Shown here: positions 61,701-64,000 of the stretch, piece by piece
Position numbering within the stretch: position 1 is the first letter of the stretch
Layout of the letters: every line of letters starts with the position of its first letter
DNA from: Lytechinus pictus
Taxonomy: Eukaryota
DNA length: 64,000 nt
Direction: 5' to 3'
NCBI RefSeq assembly: GCF_037042905.1
Contig: NC_087247.1
Location: 51,460,001-51,524,000 of the forward strand
Program-made: the position numbers and the translations under genes
The notes under the pieces: generated by a model
What the model was told of the DNA's origin: nothing
Seen by the model: only the letters and a program-made list of their open reading frames with translations
Database searches by the model: none

Positions 61701-62527
61701 TAGTTAATCGAGAAAAATATATTCCATCGTTTGCCTTTATTTTGTAGAAAATGGGTTTATACTATTATGATGAAGAAAAAGAAGAAGGAAGGAGAAGAAA
61801 AAGGGGGAAATTACATCGGTGTTTTCACTCCTCGATGTACTGAAGATTCAAGAACAGAGTACAAAACGTATTGTCAAATGCCCGCAAAATTAAAAAGAAG
61901 AACTAACAAGTCTATCGAAAAGTGGTGAACCCGAACAGCAGTCCTAGTTTAAAAGGTGATGAAAAATTGCAAATGCATCCGTTTGTCCAAGATCAAGGAA
62001 TAAACTGCTGTTTTTATTTTCGACAAACGGGTATATTTTGACAACACATTTACTATTATCATGGACCTATAGGTCCATGCTATTATTGAATCCTCCACTG
62101 ATACGTCGCTGAGCGATAGCAAACGCTAGCAAAACTTTGTTTCTTTGACAGAATGCGCTTTTATGATATTTTTTTCCTGAAAAAAAATGAAATAAAGATT
62201 TCGTATATGAAAGCAAAGTCTTGTTGTATTAGGAAATCGATATCCACTGGCTAGCGTGCATGATGGATTGAGCATTGTTTTAATTGAAATCGCCACTGCG
62301 AGATATATTTACCATTTCAAGCCAATGCTTCTCTCATCTATCATGTCTATACAGCCTATTGTGTATTAAGTGTAAACAAGACAGTGAAAATTGAGAAATA
62401 TTCTTGAACTTTCCTTATATTTTCTTTATAGCTATTTGCAAAGACGATTGTAATGGTCATGGATACTGCTATAAACCTGGAAGCTGCTACTGCTATCGAG
62501 GGTGGACGGGACCAAAATGTGACAAAC
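43553..62527 (+). CDS. WIF1: Wnt inhibitory factor 1 / shifted-like secreted protein (signal peptide, WIF domain, at least 2 EGF repeats); 3' partial
   Basis: Exons 43553-43673 ([18 protein letters not shown]...[15 protein letters not shown]), 47117-47301 (LYIIQDG...[14 protein letters not shown]), 52663-52765 ([19 protein letters not shown]), 60215-60358 ([13 protein letters not shown]...KQC), 60964-61062 ([31 protein letters not shown]) and 62432-62527 ([31 protein letters not shown]) are all in phase. WIF followed by EGFs separates it from RYK. No stop codon is reached in the window. Confidence 0.9.
44690..45046. mobile_element. Left-truncated copy of the 28726-29127 MITE family
   Basis: Colinear from TTCGTCCACTCACCAC to GGACGAGTTGGCAGT and ending TTTACC. 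Confidence 0.75.
46753..46833. repeat. 81-bp imperfect palindrome between (TA)n tracts
   Basis: ATAATCACAAATAGTTTA..AAATGCCGTAGAAATAAAA pairs with TTTTATTTCCACGGCATTT..TAAACTATTTGTGATTAT; (TA)n at about 46698-46728 and 46831-46848. Confidence 0.75.
47644..48156. mobile_element. PIF/Harbinger-like MITE
   Basis: TAA|TATGCTTTTCACACTGCA...TGCAGTGTGAAAAGCATA|TAA with many internal GGGGTTAAG / GGGCTAAG motifs. Confidence 0.85.
49756..50158. mobile_element. EnSpm/CACTA-like MITE with a nested hairpin MITE (49904-50056)
   Basis: CA|CACTGCAAAAA...TTTTTGCAGTG|CA (2-bp TSD); inner arms TTTCATAAAGGAATTGCAACTGTTGTAACTTTGCCAT and ATGGCAAAGTTACAACAGTTGCAAGTCCTTTATGAAA. Confidence 0.75.
52324..52350. mobile_element. 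27-bp palindrome with 7-bp TSD (putative P-superfamily footprint or mini-element)
   Basis: GTTTTAC|CATGGACCTATTCGTAATAGGTCCATG|GTTTTAC. Confidence 0.65.
53279..53510. mobile_element. EnSpm/CACTA-like MITE just downstream of H2B
   Basis: CA|CACTCTAAAAA...TTTTTATAGTG|CA with internal (ACC)CAATATTGGGTAAA motifs. Confidence 0.65.
53718..53755 (-). terminator. H2B histone 3' stem-loop plus U7 histone downstream element
   Basis: Minus strand reads AACGGCTCTTTTCAGAGCCACCA-tatttc-CAAGAAAGA (stem-loop 53737-53752, HDE 53718-53726), the canonical sea urchin histone processing signal. Confidence 0.97.
53781..54155 (-). CDS. H2B: Histone H2B, sea urchin late type (H2B-2-like), intronless, replication-dependent
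   Basis: 124-aa [26 protein letters not shown]...[33 protein letters not shown]...AVTKYTTSK, with an upstream TATA and a 3' stem-loop plus HDE. Confidence 0.99.
   Translation of the reverse strand: MPAKQTSGKGAKKAGKAKGRPSGVSKTRRRKRKESYGIYIYKVLKQVHPDTGISSKAMSIMNSFVNDVFERIAGEASRLAQYNKKSTISSREVQTSVRLLLPGELAKHAVSEGTKAVTKYTTSK
54211..54255 (-). promoter_or_regulatory. H2B promoter: TATA box and possible Pax2/5/8 paired-domain site
   Basis: TATAAATAG at 54219-54211 (minus strand), about 56 nt upstream of the ATG. Just upstream, GCGTCGCCCAAGCGTATCCGG loosely resembles the Pax5 3' half-site AAGCGTRAC. Confidence 0.7.
55642..55793 (+). promoter_or_regulatory. H2A promoter: octamer and TATA box
   Basis: ATGCAAAT at 55642-55649 and TATATATA at 55786-55793, about 72 nt before the ATG. 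Confidence 0.65.
55865..56227 (+). CDS. H2A: Histone H2A, sea urchin late type (H2A-2-like), C-terminally short (120 aa)
   Basis: [35 protein letters not shown]...[16 protein letters not shown], with an upstream TATA and a 3' stem-loop plus HDE. Confidence 0.99.
   Translation: MSGRGKGAKSKSKAKSRSSRAGLQFPVGRVHRFLRKGNYANRVGAGAPVYLAAVLEYLTAEILELAGNAARDNKKSRIIPRHLQLAIRNDEELNRLMSGVTVAQGGVLPNIQAVLLPKKK
56254..56291 (+). terminator. H2A histone 3' stem-loop plus U7 histone downstream element
   Basis: AACGGCTCTTTTCAGAGCCACCA-aatcaa-CAAGAAAGA (stem-loop 56257-56272, HDE 56283-56291). Confidence 0.97.
56735..56916 (-). mobile_element. tRNA-derived SINE with an L2-type tail, internally short
   Basis: Minus strand GAGCGTTGTGGCCCAGTGGATTAG...GGGTTCGAATCCCAGCCATGG (A and B boxes), ending GTAAGCGCATAGGGACGTTATGCGCTATATA. 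Confidence 0.7.
56997..59414 (+). mobile_element. hAT-like GGCGGATCC family element with a nested Kolobok MITE
   Basis: CATAGGCGGATTCAG...TGGATCCGCCCCTG; colinear with 6861-9030; TACTG on both flanks. Confidence 0.8.
58176..58778 (-). mobile_element. Kolobok-like MITE family 2
   Basis: TTAA|AGGTCAAGTCCACC...GGTGGACTTGTCCT|TTAA; the empty site GCATTATTAATGTAGG is visible at 2891-2906. Confidence 0.88.
62060..62079. mobile_element. 20-bp perfect palindrome with 7-bp TSD (putative P-superfamily footprint or mini-element)
   Basis: CTATTAT|CATGGACCTATAGGTCCATG|CTATTAT. Confidence 0.65.
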
Positions 62528-62991
62528 GTAAGTTCAGTAACCCTATACAAACTTAAGGCCCGCGGGCATTAAGGATCACAACACCAGGAGATTTTCATAG
62601 CATTTGATTAATGCATGGAATCCCATCCCCTCGAAGTTATCAATGATTCATCTCTTTTGAAAATTTTACAAAGATCTACCAAAATTGTGTATCGTATTCT
62701 AAACTCTAAATTTAAAAAATGCAAATAAATTTTTAAAAGTGAATAAAAAATGAACTGTAGCTAAGACCCGGATTTATTATTGGTTTGAAATGCTATCCCA
62801 TTGCCCACCCCCTAAAAAAATCCTTTTTATAACCATGGAGAAGTGAAAACTACCGATTTTGATAAGTAATTTTATTTTGACTTTCGGCAAAAGACTAATT
62901 ATCATTGGTAATAAGTAGGAGGGAAAGGATGACATAACGATGACTAATACGTCAGTTCGTCGTATAGTTTATAACAATAGATTGTGTTTTT

Positions 62992-64000
62992 GTCTCACCT
63001 GCATAGCAGTGTGAGACTATAGGCGCCGCTTTTCCGACGGCGGCGGCGTCAACATCAAATCTTAACCTAAGGTTAAGTTTTTGAAATGACAGCATAACTT
63101 AGAAAGTATATGAACCTAGTTCATGAAATTTGGCCATAAGGTTAATCAAGTATTACTGAACATCCTGCGTGAGATTAATGTCACATGACCAAGGTCAAAG
63201 GTCATTTGGGGTCAATGAACTTAGACCATGTTGGGGAATCAACATCAAAATCTTAACCTAAGGTTCAGTTTTTGAAATGTCATCATAACTTAGAAAATGT
63301 ATGAACCTAGTTCATGAAACTTAGACATAAGGTTAATCAAGTATCACTAAACATCTTGCATGAGTTTCACGTCACATGACCAATGTCAAAGGTCATTTAG
63401 GGCCAATGAACTTTGGCCGAATTGGGGGGTATCTGTTGAATTACCATCATAACTTTAAAAGTTTATGGATCTAGCTGATTCATGAAACTTGGACATAATA
63501 GTAATCAAGTATCACTAAACATCCTGTGCAAGTTTCAGGTCACATGGTTAAGGTCAAAGGTCATTTAGGGTCAATGAACTTTGGCCAAATTGGGGATATT
63601 TGTTGAATTACCATCATAACTTTGAAAGCATATTGGTCTAGTTCATTAAACTTGGACATAATAGTAATCAAGTATCATTGAACATCCTGTGCAAGTTTCA
63701 GGTCACATGGTTAAGGTCAAAGGTCATTTAGGGTCAATGAACTTTGGCCAAATTGGGGGTATCTGTTGAATTACCATCATAACTTTTAAAGTTTATGGAT
63801 CTAGCTGATTCATGAAACTTGGACATAATAGTAATCAAGTATCACTGAACATCATGTGCGCATTTCAGGTCACATGACCAAGGTCAAAGGTCAATGAACT
63901 TTGGCCGAATGGGGGTATCTGTTGAATTACCATCATAACTTTAAAAGTTTATGGATCTGATTCATGAAACTTGGACATATGAGTAATCAAGTATCACTGC
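62992..64000 (+). mobile_element. HINE-like element with tandem core repeats, truncated by the window edge
   Basis: Reverse complement of the 19069-20018 family: GTCTCACCTGCATAGCAGTGTGAGAC hairpin, (GGC)n, at least 5 tandem units. Confidence 0.8.

Noticed and set aside
1-64000. Autonomous transposase or reverse transcriptase gene
   Set aside because: No ORF or recognisable DDE, RT or Rep-Hel motif was found; all elements appear non-autonomous, so superfamily labels rest on termini and TSDs only.

Overview
Eukaryotic, AT-rich, intron- and transposon-rich DNA, almost certainly from a sea urchin: the histone genes are late-type and carry the echinoid CAAGAAAGA downstream element. Five protein-coding genes can be assembled by hand with in-phase GT-AG junctions. 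(1) LAMTOR5/HBXIP, minus strand, 4 exons, 92 aa. (2) A 12-exon, 530-aa amidase-signature enzyme resembling the microbial Rhodococcus/Sulfolobus/urethanase-type amidases, minus strand. (3) WIF1/shifted, plus strand: signal peptide, WIF domain and EGF repeats, 6 exons seen, running off the right edge. (4, 5) A divergent replication-dependent late histone H2B/H2A pair nested inside WIF1 intron 3; the H2A stops at ...LLPKKK with no C-terminal tail. The rest is a dense patchwork of non-autonomous DNA transposons (hAT-, Kolobok-, piggyBac-, Harbinger-, Tc1-, EnSpm-, Merlin/MuDR- and Helentron-like), often nested, plus a 2.8-kb foldback palindrome and two tRNA-derived SINEs. The most interesting observations are the intronic histone pair with a tail-less H2A and a sense U7 processing signal inside the WIF1 pre-mRNA, three 20-27 bp palindromes with 7-bp target duplications that look like P-element excision footprints, and the microbial-type amidase with a broken CX3C motif. 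Superfamily labels rest on terminal sequences and TSDs only. No database search was possible.
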